A stretch of 64,000 nt of DNA from Dudresnaya verticillata. Taxonomy: Eukaryota. Below the pieces are notes generated by a model, which had not been told where the DNA came from, did no database searches, and saw nothing but the letters and a program-made list of their open reading frames with translations. The position numbers and the translations under genes were made by a program. Positions 35,028-46,471 of this stretch are shown in pieces. Numbering within the stretch: position 1 is the stretch's first letter; every line of letters starts with the position of its first letter. The stretch spans positions 744,001 to 808,000 of the forward strand of contig OZ374561.1 in the NCBI GenBank assembly GCA_977862235.1. The letters run 5' to 3'.

Positions 35028-35942
35028 ATGTCCAAGGGAAAGCCCGATACACGGGGGAACGGATCGGCTGCTCCGATGTCCTCAAAGAGCCTCATGCAGG
35101 TTGTCTCCTCTTCCGAGGATGAGGACGAGATAATGAAAACGCCCCCGGCTAAAGCTCCGAATAACGAGTCGGAATCGGAGGACGGTGAAATCGACGAAGA
35201 AATGGACCGCAACGAGGAGCGAGCGAGGATGGACGCTATCGTCGAGGAGGGACTGGCTTCGGGTGGACGCGATGTTATGCAGAAGGATGCCCGCTACTAC
35301 ATGATGAACAACGTTGTTTGCAATAATTGCGGTACCAAAGGTCATCTCTCATATGACTGCACGGAGAAGGCCACTTCCATACGCTGTTACCTGTGCGGCT
35401 CAACCGGTCATGCGGCCAGGGATTGTCCTGATGAGGTCTGTCACTATTGCAAAAGGTCCGGACACAAGCTTCGCGATTGCCCTGAGCGGTCTGGCGGTCG
35501 TGGCGTGCGCAAACGTCGGCCAGAGAAACGCCAGATTGGCTATAGCCGCCCGCCGAAGCTGAGCTGTTACGTTTGTGGGGAGACCGGTCACCTCGACTGC
35601 GGGCTCGCCAAGATCCCGAAAGCATTGCTTTCTTGTTACAACTGTGGTATGAGTGGGCATGCCGGCGGTGGATGCAACATGACGTCTGTTGATCGCGTTA
35701 TTCCGATTGTGTTGGAGATGGAGCGCGAGCGAAAGAGAGCAAAGCAGTTATCAGGAAGAGACGGGAAGAAGAAGGGTGATAAGGGTGTTAAGGGCGATAA
35801 GGGTGAGAAGCTAGACAAAGTGGATATGGAAAACGAAAGAGCATTGGCAATCCGGAGAATGACGCCCAAGGAGTACAGGACGGCGTTTCTAGAGCGTGCG
35901 AGGCAACGGCGCTACGGGCGGGGGAACAGTAGGCAGGGCTAA
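35028..35942 (+). CDS. CCHC zinc-knuckle protein, Air1/Air2/ZCCHC7-like
   Basis: Acidic N-terminus, RYY, then five knuckles (CNNC..GH...DC, CYLC, CHYC, CYVC, CYNC) and a basic tail. No gag/pol context. Confidence 0.8.
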   Translation: MSKGKPDTRGNGSAAPMSSKSLMQVVSSSEDEDEIMKTPPAKAPNNESESEDGEIDEEMDRNEERARMDAIVEEGLASGGRDVMQKDARYYMMNNVVCNNCGTKGHLSYDCTEKATSIRCYLCGSTGHAARDCPDEVCHYCKRSGHKLRDCPERSGGRGVRKRRPEKRQIGYSRPPKLSCYVCGETGHLDCGLAKIPKALLSCYNCGMSGHAGGGCNMTSVDRVIPIVLEMERERKRAKQLSGRDGKKKGDKGVKGDKGEKLDKVDMENERALAIRRMTPKEYRTAFLERARQRRYGRGNSRQG

Positions 35943-36257
35943 CATGCGACGTGGTGCCTCTTCGGAACTTGGAGCTTTTTCTTTGGCATACATCGCTGGG
36001 TACGGAGGTAATGGGGGTAACGAAGCAAACACGAGCATCTCAGAAGTTGTCGGGACTGAGTCTTTTTGCTCTTGGCGTGGAACATGTTGCAGCACCTGAT
36101 GGAATTGCTCCAGCGATTAGACACAAGACCCAGGCCATTAGGGGCATCTGGCGGATATGTGGTCATGGTGCGAAGAACTGGGAAGGCACCTTTGTGTATG
36201 TTAGAGGCTTGGGTTTCCAGGATAGATAACGATAACTCAGGACGGTGCCTGATGAGT

Positions 36258-36428
36258 GAATGCAGGTGTTTGCGGCTTGTACGTGTGTGGATGTGGAGGA
36301 AAGCTGTTCTACGCGTCTGATTACGTTGTAAGTACTACCGATAGTAGCAGCTAGAGTAGATGATACAAAGGTGTAGGACGGTTTTTGAGCAGAGAATGCA
36401 GGTGTTTGCGGCTTTGTACGCGTGTGGA
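36258..36428. repeat. Degenerate direct repeat, about 34-bp core, 136 bp apart
   Basis: gaatgcaggtgtttgcggcttgtacgtgtgtgga (36258-36291) vs gaatgcaggtgtttgcggctttgtacgcgtgtgga (36394-36428). Both are preceded by aggacggt and followed by ggaaagct. Confidence 0.85.
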
Positions 36429-37903
36429 GCGATGCAGTAACTCGGAAAGCTTTGAAAGTTGTTGTGCGGCTAACAGGACTTAGCATGGGAAAGAAGCATG
36501 GGGACTGCGGGCGACTGCAAATTGTATACAGTATTGACTCTGGCAGGAGTTGGAGCAGTGCGTGAGTGTTGCGGCAAGGAAAGCGGGCGGGACTGGAGGA
36601 TTGGGCAATGCACAGAGTCAAGACGGATTAAACACGGTCGGAATGTGTCATACAATGGGTGGTTGAGATTGTTTGCGTTAGATACGGATGGGTACAACAA
36701 GCGGCTTCCGAAGGTAGTCGCATTAATGAAAGCCTGAGGCCCGGTTGGACTGGCAGACGTGCAAGCGAAAGACAGAAGAGGGAAAGGTGGTGGTGTGGGT
36801 TGATAATAAACACGAGATAGTAAGGCGGTAAGTGCGGGGGAGCTCCTGCCTGGGGCAAGCGCGTCTGCAGGCTCAGCTGAAGGACTCCAGGCGGCGTGTG
36901 TGTGGATAGAAATAAGATCAGGGTGAGAAAGGGAGCGGGTACGGTAGATAATACGTGGAGGCAAGAGCTTGGGAAACTGTAAGTGTGAGGGACGCGTACT
37001 GCCTCTACTCCCCGTTCAGTCGTGCGCTCAGAGTCGGACGAGGAGGAAAAAGATCAGGTGATTGTTATGGCACGGCGGCCGGGCAACGAGACCTTGCGCG
37101 GGGCCAAGGGGGCGTGGCTGTGCGCGAGCATAGATGAATGGAGGTTATGTTTAGAATCGATGGGAACGATCTGCAAGGCGGGCGGGCGGGTGTTGGCGAT
37201 GACGCAATAGGAAAGAAGAACAGGAGGCGCGTGCGCGAGCTCTTTTGACAGTGAGCGCCGTTGTCGAGGTTGAGGTGCGGTGCACTGCCCAGAAAGTTTG
37301 GATTGGGCGACGCAATGGAGTGGTGAGCCTAGCGCGAAGGTAACGACGCGGAGCGGTGCATGCCGTTCAGCGTGCAGTATGCAGAGTGTGGTGAGGGGCG
37401 TTGCGCAGTTCGTTTGTCCCGGCGCGCCAGAAACTGCATGCGCCGGCGGCACCGCCCGTATCATACGCGTCGATTCGGACGCGTGGGTGCGGCAGAGTCG
37501 CTCTGCCAAGATGCATTACGGGGGGGTCCTGCCATCGGCACCCGGCGCGGCGTCCGCGCCAGCTGGACAATTCAAGACGGCGCGCGTCGGCCCGCGCATT
37601 CGCGTTACCCCATGCGTGCGCGAAACCTTTTTCGCTGTATTTTCGGCGCGGCGCGCCAAGCGGCCCGCCCCCATTGGTCCGCCGAAACGATTGCACGGAA
37701 TTTACGCGTTGCCGTCAAACTTTATTGGTCACCAAACTTATTTGCGCTGCCGTTTCGACTGGTACCGCCGCATTACAGTTTACCTGGCTCACCCCGCTGC
37801 TGCTGTTCCCCTTTCGCAGTCGACGAACAATTAGCACCAGCTCATGCGCTCCCAGCAGCACGCTCCATGCTTGTTCTCTCTCCCTCTCTCCGCCTATATT
37901 GTA

Positions 37904-37924
37904 CCCCCCCCCCCCCCCCCCCCC
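37904..37924. repeat. Poly-C tract (21 nt)
   Basis: Directly visible. Follows a TATA-like cctatatt and lies about 90 nt upstream of the ATG at 38016. Confidence 0.95.
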
Positions 37925-38015
37925 ACTCCTACCCCCCGTACCTCCCCAGCCAACCCCCTATCCCACCCCCATCACCGCGACCCCACCGCAGCACCCATCC
38001 CCAAACCCCGTCGCA

Positions 38016-40408
38016 ATGGCCCGCATGGGGCCCTCCCCGTGCGACAACCCGACAATGCCCGCCCAAACCGGGGACGCCCTGCCGTCCAAAACCCTTTTCC
38101 AGCACTTCCTTCCGCGCTACCTGCACCACCCCGCCGTGCGCCACTGGCTCATGGACCGCTCGCCAACCGCCACCCGCTACGCCGCCAACATCCGCTCCAG
38201 CATGAGCTACGCCTGCATGTACTTCCCGCCAACCTCGGTCCCGCGCGGCGCCGCCCCGTACCCCATGCCTCAGCCCTTCCTGGACTTTGGCGACTTCATG
38301 CTGTGCGAGAATGTCTTTGACTCCATTGCAGTCGGCACCCTATACAACCAGCGCGAGGACCACGCCCTTGCCATCCTGCGCGACAAAATGCTCCGCACCT
38401 CCCCCCTCTCGCGCCGTCCAGTCACCCGCCGCTTCGCCGTCGACCTCTCCGTCTCCAACCTTGAGATCATCGAGTTTGCCTGGATGGACGACGACTCCCT
38501 CATCATCGCCTGCCGCCGCCTCGATCAGCCCATCTCGCAGGGCGTAAATCCTGATCAACTCGTCCTGACGGGAGATCTCCTTTTCTACGATATCATCCCA
38601 CCCAACGCCGTTCCGGGCGTCCCGCTTCTGCGCATGACTCTTAGCGAGAAACCAGCAATTTGCCAGTTTTGCGGCACCAGGGGCATTAAGACTTGTTCTT
38701 GTCCGTCTACTTTCAAGACACGCGCCCCGTCCGCACACTCCGTTCCGGTTCCACTCTCCCACGCTCCATTCTTGGACAATAGTCTGTCCCTTGTCCCACA
38801 GGGTCCGCTCGCTGACATGCTAGCTACCTGGGATAGCTATACCAAGCGCATTTTCTCCGTCAATACTTCGGGCGCCTTCTTCGTCCACTGGTACAAGCGT
38901 TCTAAGGGCTCCAACGGAATGACCCTATTCATGAGCCCGCCCCACCCCATTTCCTACCAGTTTTTGTGCGGCACCAGGCAGGAGACCATGTTTTTGGCAA
39001 GTGCTTATGTCAAGCGCATGAAGCTCTGTGACCGGGCATTTTCAGCAGATGCTCGCCTGTACAACTACTTGTCGAGGGGCTCAGATATAGGTATGCTTTT
39101 GGACAAGCAGAAGTCATCGTCTTTGACGGATGACCTTCTCGTCTTTGATGATTCCAACTCGGCCTCAGAGCTTTCCAATGTCTCGCCGCTAAGTAGCAAT
39201 GATAATCAGTATGTCTTCGAGCAACTTGACCACGACGAAACCAAGAGCCCATCCAGCGTCGTAAAGTCCGCCAGCGGGCGCCGTTCGCTTGGGTTGGAAG
39301 CCCCGGCGGTGGTGTACAACCAATACCCTGCCGTGGAAGCAGCCACACTACAATCTTTGCAGAATTCGTCAGGAACCACCACGTCCCTTTCCGGGTATTC
39401 GACCGGGCCTTCCTCAGATGAACATGCCTCCCATATTCTTACCGAGGACTACGACGGGACCGTAGCAAATCAACTCACGGCAGGCCTCAAAGACGAACTC
39501 CAGACGTCTCCTCTCACAGAGCGAGAGGGACCTCGCCATGTCATGGATAACGCTTATGACGCATGGGGAGCACAGGGCCATGGAACAACAACGGGAGCCA
39601 AAGCGGCACCATCACTGGGACAAAGGGGTCAGCGGCTGACTCTTTCGACAAGAAGTCGGGAGCTTCAGCAATACATGACGGTGGATGCTTCGAGCACACC
39701 AACGTGTAAGGAGTGTGGCAGCAGCTTTCCGAAGAGGGGAAATCTCGCAAGACACATTCAAACAGTGCACCTTAAATTGAAGCCTTTCCAATGCGATCAC
39801 TGTCCCGCCAGTTTCGGCTACAAGAACCACCTCAAACGACATCAAATAGTTCATCAAAGGGGCAGCGAGTTCAAATGTCAACAGTGCCCTCGTGAATTCA
39901 AAAGCCAGGTGCAGCTTACCCGCCACCTGCAGCAATCTCATCAGAGCGCGTTACCTGAAGGTGGAAGCGCGCAGCAATCGGAAGTGGTGGAAAAGACGAG
40001 AGTCAAATGCGACATCTGTGGAGGTAAGTGTTCCACTTCTTGCATTCTCTATCTGTCTAGATGGCTCATCCAACAACAGTATCAGCACGCATATTAGAAT
40101 TAGATCCTACGTCTACCTCTGTCGTTTCCGTATTGTTGTTGTCGATAATTTATAATCTAACTCAGACGATCAATTCTCTTGCACTCATCTTTTGCGCTCT
40201 GCTCATAGTTTCATTCTCCCAGAAGTCAAACCTCTCTCGACACAAGCTCATACACGAGGGGTTGCGGTTTGTGTGCCCGGTTTGTCCTGACAAAACCTCG
40301 TTTGGACAAAGATATGACCTCCATCGTCACATTATCCGCAAACACCCAGGGGTCTCAGATTCAGCCTTTGTGTCATTAACACCAGAACGAATAGAAGACA
40401 CTGAATAA
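38016..40408 (+). CDS. C2H2 zinc-finger transcription factor (5 fingers), 2 exons: 38016-40023 and 40209-40408
   Basis: Fingers CKEC, CDHC, CQQC, CDIC and CPVC with HxxxH ends. Splicing completes finger 4 as CDICGVSFSQKSNLSRHKLIH. The N-terminal region has a CQFC...CSCP motif. Confidence 0.9.
40024..40208 (+). other. GT-AG intron (185 bp) splitting zinc finger 4
   Basis: GTAAGT donor, ctaac branch-like motif, ...CATAG acceptor. The join restores exact C2H2 spacing. Confidence 0.88.
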
Positions 40409-40559
40409 GGGATGGGGGGCTTTCATTATGTTATTAACTTCCGCCAGGAGGGTTTCTGTAAATATGCATTCCTCTTTACTTTCCACATCGCCTCTAGATG
40501 TTTACTGTTTGGTACATACCCATGAGTATTTTTGCAGCTCAGTCCTAGCTAGAAGGCTC

Positions 40560-41555
40560 TTAGTCTTTAATACGAACGCCGTTTGCCTTGAATCGCCCAG
40601 GACCTTCCACTCGGGCTCCTGTTTCCGGGTTGAAGAACTTGCTCTTACGGAGACCAAGCAAAAAGCCTGTTGTCAGTCGGAAAAAAGCCTTCGGGATCGT
40701 CAAGAACTGCAGATACGTATTATTCTTGTCACCGACCACGACGTCTCGAATCCTCGGCACAAGGTCTTCAGCCACCGTTTCCGGTTCCTCCGCGAGAAAG
40801 TTAAAGATTCTGCGAGAGCGCGCCTCGATATTTTCGGAAAGAAGTAGGTCAGTGAGAACCATACCTGGTGACATTGCATGAAAACGAACCTGACCGCCCT
40901 TTGTCTCAATAACCAGGGAAGATATAAGTTGAGGTATGCTTCTCTTCGTCGCACCGTATGCTGCGTACTGAGCCGTAGAATTCCCTCGAGTGCCAGAACC
41001 GTCCATCAAAAACACATGCAGCGGAGCGCTTTGCTCCTTTGCTACCCGTTGAGCTTCTTTGCTGCAGAACATGGAGCCAAGCAAATTCGTGTTCACTACG
41101 TTCTTAATATCTTCGGGGTCTGCATCGGCAATTGGACCACGCTGACCCACTGCCCCAGCATTGCAAATGAAAGTGTTTATGGTACCAAGGCTTTCTGACG
41201 CAAAGTCCGCAAGTCGAACAACATCGTCGTGGATGCCAACATCTGCAACACAACCAAATACACGCGCAGCCGGATAGCGTCGACGAAGAGAAGCCACCGC
41301 ATGGTCTACCATATCTGGGGTTCGAGCGCTGATCACAACGCCATCATTGCATTTCACAAACCCCTCCGCGAGCGCCCTGCCAACACCCTTCGTCGAGCCT
41401 GTTATGACGACTCCGAGACTTGTCGACGGTGATACTGCTCGAACAGCTCCCGTTCCAGACGCCATGGGTCTTAGTCTTCGCGGCGATCTATTCCGTACAA
41501 CTTCGTTTGAAAGCCGGCAGTTCCCGAATATGTTTGTTACAAACAACACTGTCAT
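40560..41555 (-). CDS. Chlorophyll(ide) b reductase NOL/NYC1-like SDR, plastid-targeted
   Basis: Motifs VITGSTKGVG, HVFLMDGSG, AAYGATKRS, SPGMVLTDLL, FNFLAEEPETVA..LVPRIR are typical of NOL. MTVLFV transit-like start. Confidence 0.82.
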   Translation of the reverse strand: MTVLFVTNIFGNCRLSNEVVRNRSPRRLRPMASGTGAVRAVSPSTSLGVVITGSTKGVGRALAEGFVKCNDGVVISARTPDMVDHAVASLRRRYPAARVFGCVADVGIHDDVVRLADFASESLGTINTFICNAGAVGQRGPIADADPEDIKNVVNTNLLGSMFCSKEAQRVAKEQSAPLHVFLMDGSGTRGNSTAQYAAYGATKRSIPQLISSLVIETKGGQVRFHAMSPGMVLTDLLLSENIEARSRRIFNFLAEEPETVAEDLVPRIRDVVVGDKNNTYLQFLTIPKAFFRLTTGFLLGLRKSKFFNPETGARVEGPGRFKANGVRIKD

Positions 41556-42473
41556 TGCGCTGCCCACTGGGCCTCGTAGCTGCAATGCAAGTACCTCGAA
41601 GGCCCGGAATAGAGTTCAGAGCTGTTCAACACTTTGCAAGCTACTATGAACGCAATGACACGAGGTGATCTCGGAAACGCCAAATCAGAACAAGATGAAG
41701 TCTGGGCCTCTTTCAGCCAACGTGAGGCCTTCAACTTGAGGCCAGCAGGGCATTTAAATTAACAGCGATGGAAGTGGTCCTTTTGAACCTTACCACTCCT
41801 ATTTTCCTATCAGAAAATTACTCGATGGGGTGATCCCCGTCTCACTGATGCATTGTCGGTTGCAGACACAATACCTCTAAAGGAAAACTCTGTACTAAGC
41901 TCGTCTTTCCTTTCGGGTGCTGAATGTTAGAACGCAGATGGTAGCTTTCTGCGAAGTTCCCAGGACAGGTTGACTACAATCCATCCTAAAGATAGTGCTA
42001 CGATGTTGAGCAACATTCCAATATAAACTTTTCTGCTTTTCCTTGCATCGAGGTATTTCTGGATTCCCTGCTTGCAGCAAGGACAGCAACATATACAAGC
42101 TGAAGCACGCAGTTAAGAGCCTTGGCCACGAAATCATCTGTGTCCAACACGTAGAGCAGAGCAGGATTTGAGTCTATACAAATTGATGCTTGTCGTCGCT
42201 GTCAACAAAAATCAGACTGACACGAAATCATAGCCACCTGAAAAAGAAGGCCTTGTATTCATGTTTTCCACTCTGTCAAGCAACATTGATCAACAATTTG
42301 GCCTTGAGAAAAATGCTGTGAGATTCACACTTGTGAGTCCCTTTCGACGACCTCATGAGGCTGTGAAGATATAAGCTCTACACTCCGTTCATGCCTTGTC
42401 TAACTCTTCTCCCCTTTTCTAGCTCCTAAGAACTCTACCACGCCAAACATATCCGTGTCACGCGTAATTTCAA

Positions 42474-43559
42474 ATGCATCGCAGCGTTCCGAACAAGAAG
42501 AAAAAGGTCTCCAGCAAGAAAAATGTGAGGGAAATTGTGGACCCGAAGGCCTGGGAGTTTTCAGAAATTGTCGGAATAGAGGCTGCTGTGTTCCAGGCGA
42601 CAAAGAATGTGAGAAACAACAAGGTTTCGAGCATTAGATCCTCGCTTTTCCGAAAGAATGCAAATGGAATGGCTCAGAGCTCAAACAGTCCCATGGCAGT
42701 TGATGAGAAGGCTCCTGTATTTATATCGCCAGGTGAGTCTGCTGCGCTGGCAGCTCCTTTTACCTTCGAGGGAAATAGTTCACTTGAATATTGCGATTTT
42801 GGGAGGATCAACAAAAGGTTATGGACGAAAGATATTCTGGCTCTAGTGCACAATGCAGTACGGTCTGAACTGAAAGATCTTACCGTGATTCTAGTATCAG
42901 CCCAGAAGCTGGGTATTCGCCTTCGAATTGGCGACTTTGTACGCATTCGAGGCTGGTGGCAAACCTGTTCTGGTATTGTCTTGGACTTTCTGGACATGGA
43001 AGCCAGGCATCTCTTGCCCTGGTATGAACACGCTGCAAAAACCGCCAAAGTCAAAGATGAGGCATGCCAAGAGTTTTTTGAAGTTATAGCCGGGCGCCAA
43101 AAAGATATTCGAGACCTTGTCATGAGCACATCTAAATCATTTGGAGACCTCTGCGATCCTCCTGCAATTAACCAAGCAAAACTGAAGCAGGAGACTTCCA
43201 CCGCAAAAAAGGCGATGCTCGTTATAAATAGCCTCGACGCTCTGATATCTCAGGTGTGCGATTATATGTGGGAAGAAGAAATGAGGCTTCCCAAAACCTT
43301 GACTTCTGTGTATAAGTCCGAGAAGAAGGAACGCGAAGCGATTATGGGCAAAATCGTCAAGTACGTCACGAACAGCTCTCGGAAGTCAGAAATCATGCTT
43401 GTTCTTTTCACACGGTGGATGACGGACTCAAAGTCTGTTAAGAGCTTCGTGAAAATTCTACAGGAAGAACATGAGTGTAACTATTCTAGTTTACAGACTC
43501 AGTTTGAAGTTAATCACGCTGGGTTTATTCATCAGTTTAGCGTGAAGGCAGAAATATAG
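42474..43559 (+). CDS. Degenerate hemerythrin (HHE)-like helical protein
   Basis: WxxDILALVHNAVRSEL...FLDMEARHLLPW...YMWEEEMRLP follows HHE spacing, but most His ligands are missing. The start could be at a downstream Met. Confidence 0.55.
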   Translation: MHRSVPNKKKKVSSKKNVREIVDPKAWEFSEIVGIEAAVFQATKNVRNNKVSSIRSSLFRKNANGMAQSSNSPMAVDEKAPVFISPGESAALAAPFTFEGNSSLEYCDFGRINKRLWTKDILALVHNAVRSELKDLTVILVSAQKLGIRLRIGDFVRIRGWWQTCSGIVLDFLDMEARHLLPWYEHAAKTAKVKDEACQEFFEVIAGRQKDIRDLVMSTSKSFGDLCDPPAINQAKLKQETSTAKKAMLVINSLDALISQVCDYMWEEEMRLPKTLTSVYKSEKKEREAIMGKIVKYVTNSSRKSEIMLVLFTRWMTDSKSVKSFVKILQEEHECNYSSLQTQFEVNHAGFIHQFSVKAEI

Positions 43560-44217
43560 ATTAGTGGCGTGTTGAGCTGGAAGGGAGAGGCTCGGGCTAC
43601 TTCTACCAACACCTTGCAAAAATAACGATAATCTGGAGTAAACGTTTCAGCAGAAACTGCGAAAATCCCTGTGGATGTGTTGTGGGCGTGCTGCCTACAA
43701 GCTGCAAGGATGGTTACAGATGGGAAACATTCTTCATCATTCACAATTGATCTCAATATGCAATATGGTTGTTACCGTACACTCTGGAAGTGTCGGGAAT
43801 GTATGGCTCCATCGAGCATCCCTCCACAGAAGGAATATATATCTAGAGAGCGAATGTAGAGCGGGTGCTTGGTGAACGCAGGTCAGGGTTTGATTAACAC
43901 TTCAAAAGAGGGTGAAAAAAGGAAAGAAAAGTGCAGCGAGACGTTGCGGGCCGCAGTTGTCTGTGTGATCTTTCCAAAAAAATTTCTTTGGCTTCTGCGC
44001 TTTGAGTTCTGAGAGGACCGACCATGTATGTTCCTGCCCGCGCTCTGTGCGGAAGGATTGCAAGCGTTTGACGTTCATCAACAGAAAACGTTGAACAAAC
44101 TGTGAGCGAAAGCGAGAGCCCTCTTCGTGGGGAGAGACATATTCGGGAACGTCGGTTCTATTGCTCTCACTATCGAGCTGATTTGTCGAACGGCTGTGGA
44201 GCCTACAAGGACTACCA

Positions 44218-45564
44218 ATGTCGCAGAGCTGGATAGCAGACTCAGTGCGGTCTGGGCTACGTTTCGCTCGTCGGAATGGAGGAAAGATCGCCTTGTTTAC
44301 ATTTGCGGCTGGCAGCGCAATTGTCGCGACGAGGTACTTTCGCAGACAGCTTTCCGCTGTGAATGAGTCATTGGAGCAAGAGCGAGCTGAAGGTGCAAGA
44401 CGGCTACGTGCTGCCTTCATCTCTAATTCAAGCACTGTGAAGGGGTTATTCTACGGCTTGCTTCCGCTTGTTGGTGAGGTCTTGCGTGGTTCCGCGAAGC
44501 TAGACTCAAGCTCCTTCTTAGTGAAGTTACGATCGAAGCCGAAGGACCGGGCGGAGAAGGAAGCGCTCTGGGAACAGGTTAAGTTGGCGTCCATTACGCA
44601 TTTGGTCAGTGCAATATATATCGCCGCACTCTTGCACAGCTTCTTGCGGCTGCAGGTGAATTTGCTCTCCAGGTACACAAACTCCAACCCTGATGTACCT
44701 GTTGAGTCGTTGCCACGGGGTGCCATTGCCGATGCAACTTCTAGGCGTTATCTGGACTTGGCCGGTACCCGAATTCTTGAGCGGTCCAGGGTGGATACCA
44801 TTGTAGCCAATGTCGAGAGAGTTGTGAGAGCCAACTTGGGAGACACGGGCCTCGCGAAACGAATCGGTACCGTAGAAGTTGCTCACCTCTTCACAAACAT
44901 TCTCGTTGCGTTAGAAATGGAAAGGGCCACGGGCGGAGAGACCGAGCCAGGTGCCGACTCCGATGCGGGCGACAAAGACAGTCCCTTTATATCGGCCCAG
45001 CGGTGGTTGCTGGCCGGCTGTCTATCTAGAACACAGGCAAGTGAACACCCCGATGGTTCTAGGGACCTCAATTTTGAATGGCTTGTGGAAGAATCATTGG
45101 ACCTTTGTGAGGTTTTGGACTTCCATAGCCTTGTAGAAAGCCAGATGTATGCTGTTTTGACGCATGCACTTTCTCGCCTGGGGGGAATTGTAGGCTCGAA
45201 CGAAAATCAGGTGCCGTTTGCTAATTATCTCGCACACTTTGATCGAATTGCTGCAGACATGTTTTCTAGCGAGAACGAGAACGGGGACATAGGAGGCATC
45301 GATGAAACAGATACTTCTTCGCATGGACTTGAAAAGGGCTTAGCGGAAGCTGAAGATGGGCAGCGCTTTGCCGCGTCCGTGTTTCTTTCGGGTGAGAAGG
45401 ACAACTCAAATCGTTCCAGCCATGAAGATGGGCGGTATGGTCGAACAGGTCCAATGCAAAATGGGAATGCTGATGCAATGGTGACAAACATATCATCGTT
45501 GGGAGATGGGCTAGGAGAAGCGAGGGAATCAAATGATATGGGACTCATGTTTGACATCAACTAG
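44218..45564 (+). CDS. PEX3: Peroxisomal biogenesis factor 3
   Basis: Basic RRNGGK plus N-terminal TM. LWEQVKLASITHLVSAIY...LRLQVNLLSRY is the Pex3 signature. Confidence 0.85.
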   Translation: MSQSWIADSVRSGLRFARRNGGKIALFTFAAGSAIVATRYFRRQLSAVNESLEQERAEGARRLRAAFISNSSTVKGLFYGLLPLVGEVLRGSAKLDSSSFLVKLRSKPKDRAEKEALWEQVKLASITHLVSAIYIAALLHSFLRLQVNLLSRYTNSNPDVPVESLPRGAIADATSRRYLDLAGTRILERSRVDTIVANVERVVRANLGDTGLAKRIGTVEVAHLFTNILVALEMERATGGETEPGADSDAGDKDSPFISAQRWLLAGCLSRTQASEHPDGSRDLNFEWLVEESLDLCEVLDFHSLVESQMYAVLTHALSRLGGIVGSNENQVPFANYLAHFDRIAADMFSSENENGDIGGIDETDTSSHGLEKGLAEAEDGQRFAASVFLSGEKDNSNRSSHEDGRYGRTGPMQNGNADAMVTNISSLGDGLGEARESNDMGLMFDIN

Positions 45565-45707
45565 GAGCAGAACTACGGCTTCCACATGCGGATCAGTGCA
45601 GCACGAATTGCCCATTGACGACAAAGCCTACAGTATTACAAGCATTGCGAGTCGTTAGAAAACTCGCCCAGAAGCACGTGATTCGGAGAGGTGGGGATCG
45701 CACACAT

Positions 45708-46151
45708 CTACTTCTTCGCGAGAGTGACTGGAATTGTATCGATTTTGACGGCCAAGATGAGATCGTTTTCAGTAATGCCACCAAGCGAATGAGTCCAGAG
45801 TTGGATGTCAACGTGGTTATACGAGCGAATGGTGAGGTCTGGATGATGTTGCTCTGCTTCGGCAATGATACCAATCTGGGTGATGTAATCAAGAGCGACC
45901 TTAAAGTTCTTGGCTTTCAGCGAACGGGTTATGCGAGTGCAGTCGTCGTTAACCTTCCAGTCGGGTATCAGCAAAGCGGTTTGGCGGAGAACTTCTGCTG
46001 GCGGGAGGGCCTCGCCGATTCCCTCGCACCCGACACATTTTGAGTCCGGGGTGATGTTGCGCATGACTTGGGACCGACTACACAAGTTTCTACACGCACG
46101 GGACGTGAGGTTTTGCCACCAAAAGCCGGACGCAGCTGCGAAGGAGAGCAT
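45708..46151 (-). CDS. Pterin-4-alpha-carbinolamine dehydratase, organelle-targeted
   Basis: KCVGCEG, AEAEQHHPDL, WTHSLGGITENDLILAVKID. Catalytic histidines are intact. N-terminal targeting peptide MLSFAAASGF. Confidence 0.92.
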   Translation of the reverse strand: MLSFAAASGFWWQNLTSRACRNLCSRSQVMRNITPDSKCVGCEGIGEALPPAEVLRQTALLIPDWKVNDDCTRITRSLKAKNFKVALDYITQIGIIAEAEQHHPDLTIRSYNHVDIQLWTHSLGGITENDLILAVKIDTIPVTLAKK

Positions 46152-46471
46152 CGCAAACCGTGGCGGACGTCTCTTGGGCAGCAGTTACCTACACTGTAGA
46201 TCATTGGGAGTGGGCACGGGAGCCACATGATCTGGCGACGCAGGTCAGTGCAGATCTTTAGCGTCTGACCGTGTTACTAACTGTAAAGCTTCTTTGTCAG
46301 CAGACCATCCAATCAGAATTCAGAGCTTGTCGTTCGGCGCCTTCGCGCCCGCGCCCCCGCGGATCAACGCGATTATTTTGCGCTGCTACGCCACCGCCGT
46401 CGCGAGCCATCCAAGAGCAGAGCCAACGCCACAGCCCGACCGTCTGCGCCCAGCGCAGTTCCCTCACGAAG

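Noticed and set aside
35028..35942. Retrotransposon gag
   Set aside because: Five knuckles in an Air1/2-like layout, with no protease, RT, integrase or LTRs nearby.
36250..36320. Box C/D snoRNA (TGATGA ... CTGA about 70 nt apart)
   Set aside because: No terminal stem, and I could not recognise an rRNA or snRNA complement. The second repeat copy lacks the boxes.
37401..38015. N-terminal extensions given by the ORF track (also 7926-8198, 14895-15161, 18424-18654, 20537-20887, 46271-46471, 53525-53854)
   Set aside because: They cross promoter-like or low-complexity DNA, and several begin at GTG or TTG. Downstream ATGs give better targeting signals or domain starts.
45708..46151. Rubisco assembly factor RAF2 (inactive PCD homologue)
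   Set aside because: The catalytic HHP and TH histidines are intact, so this is a canonical PCD.
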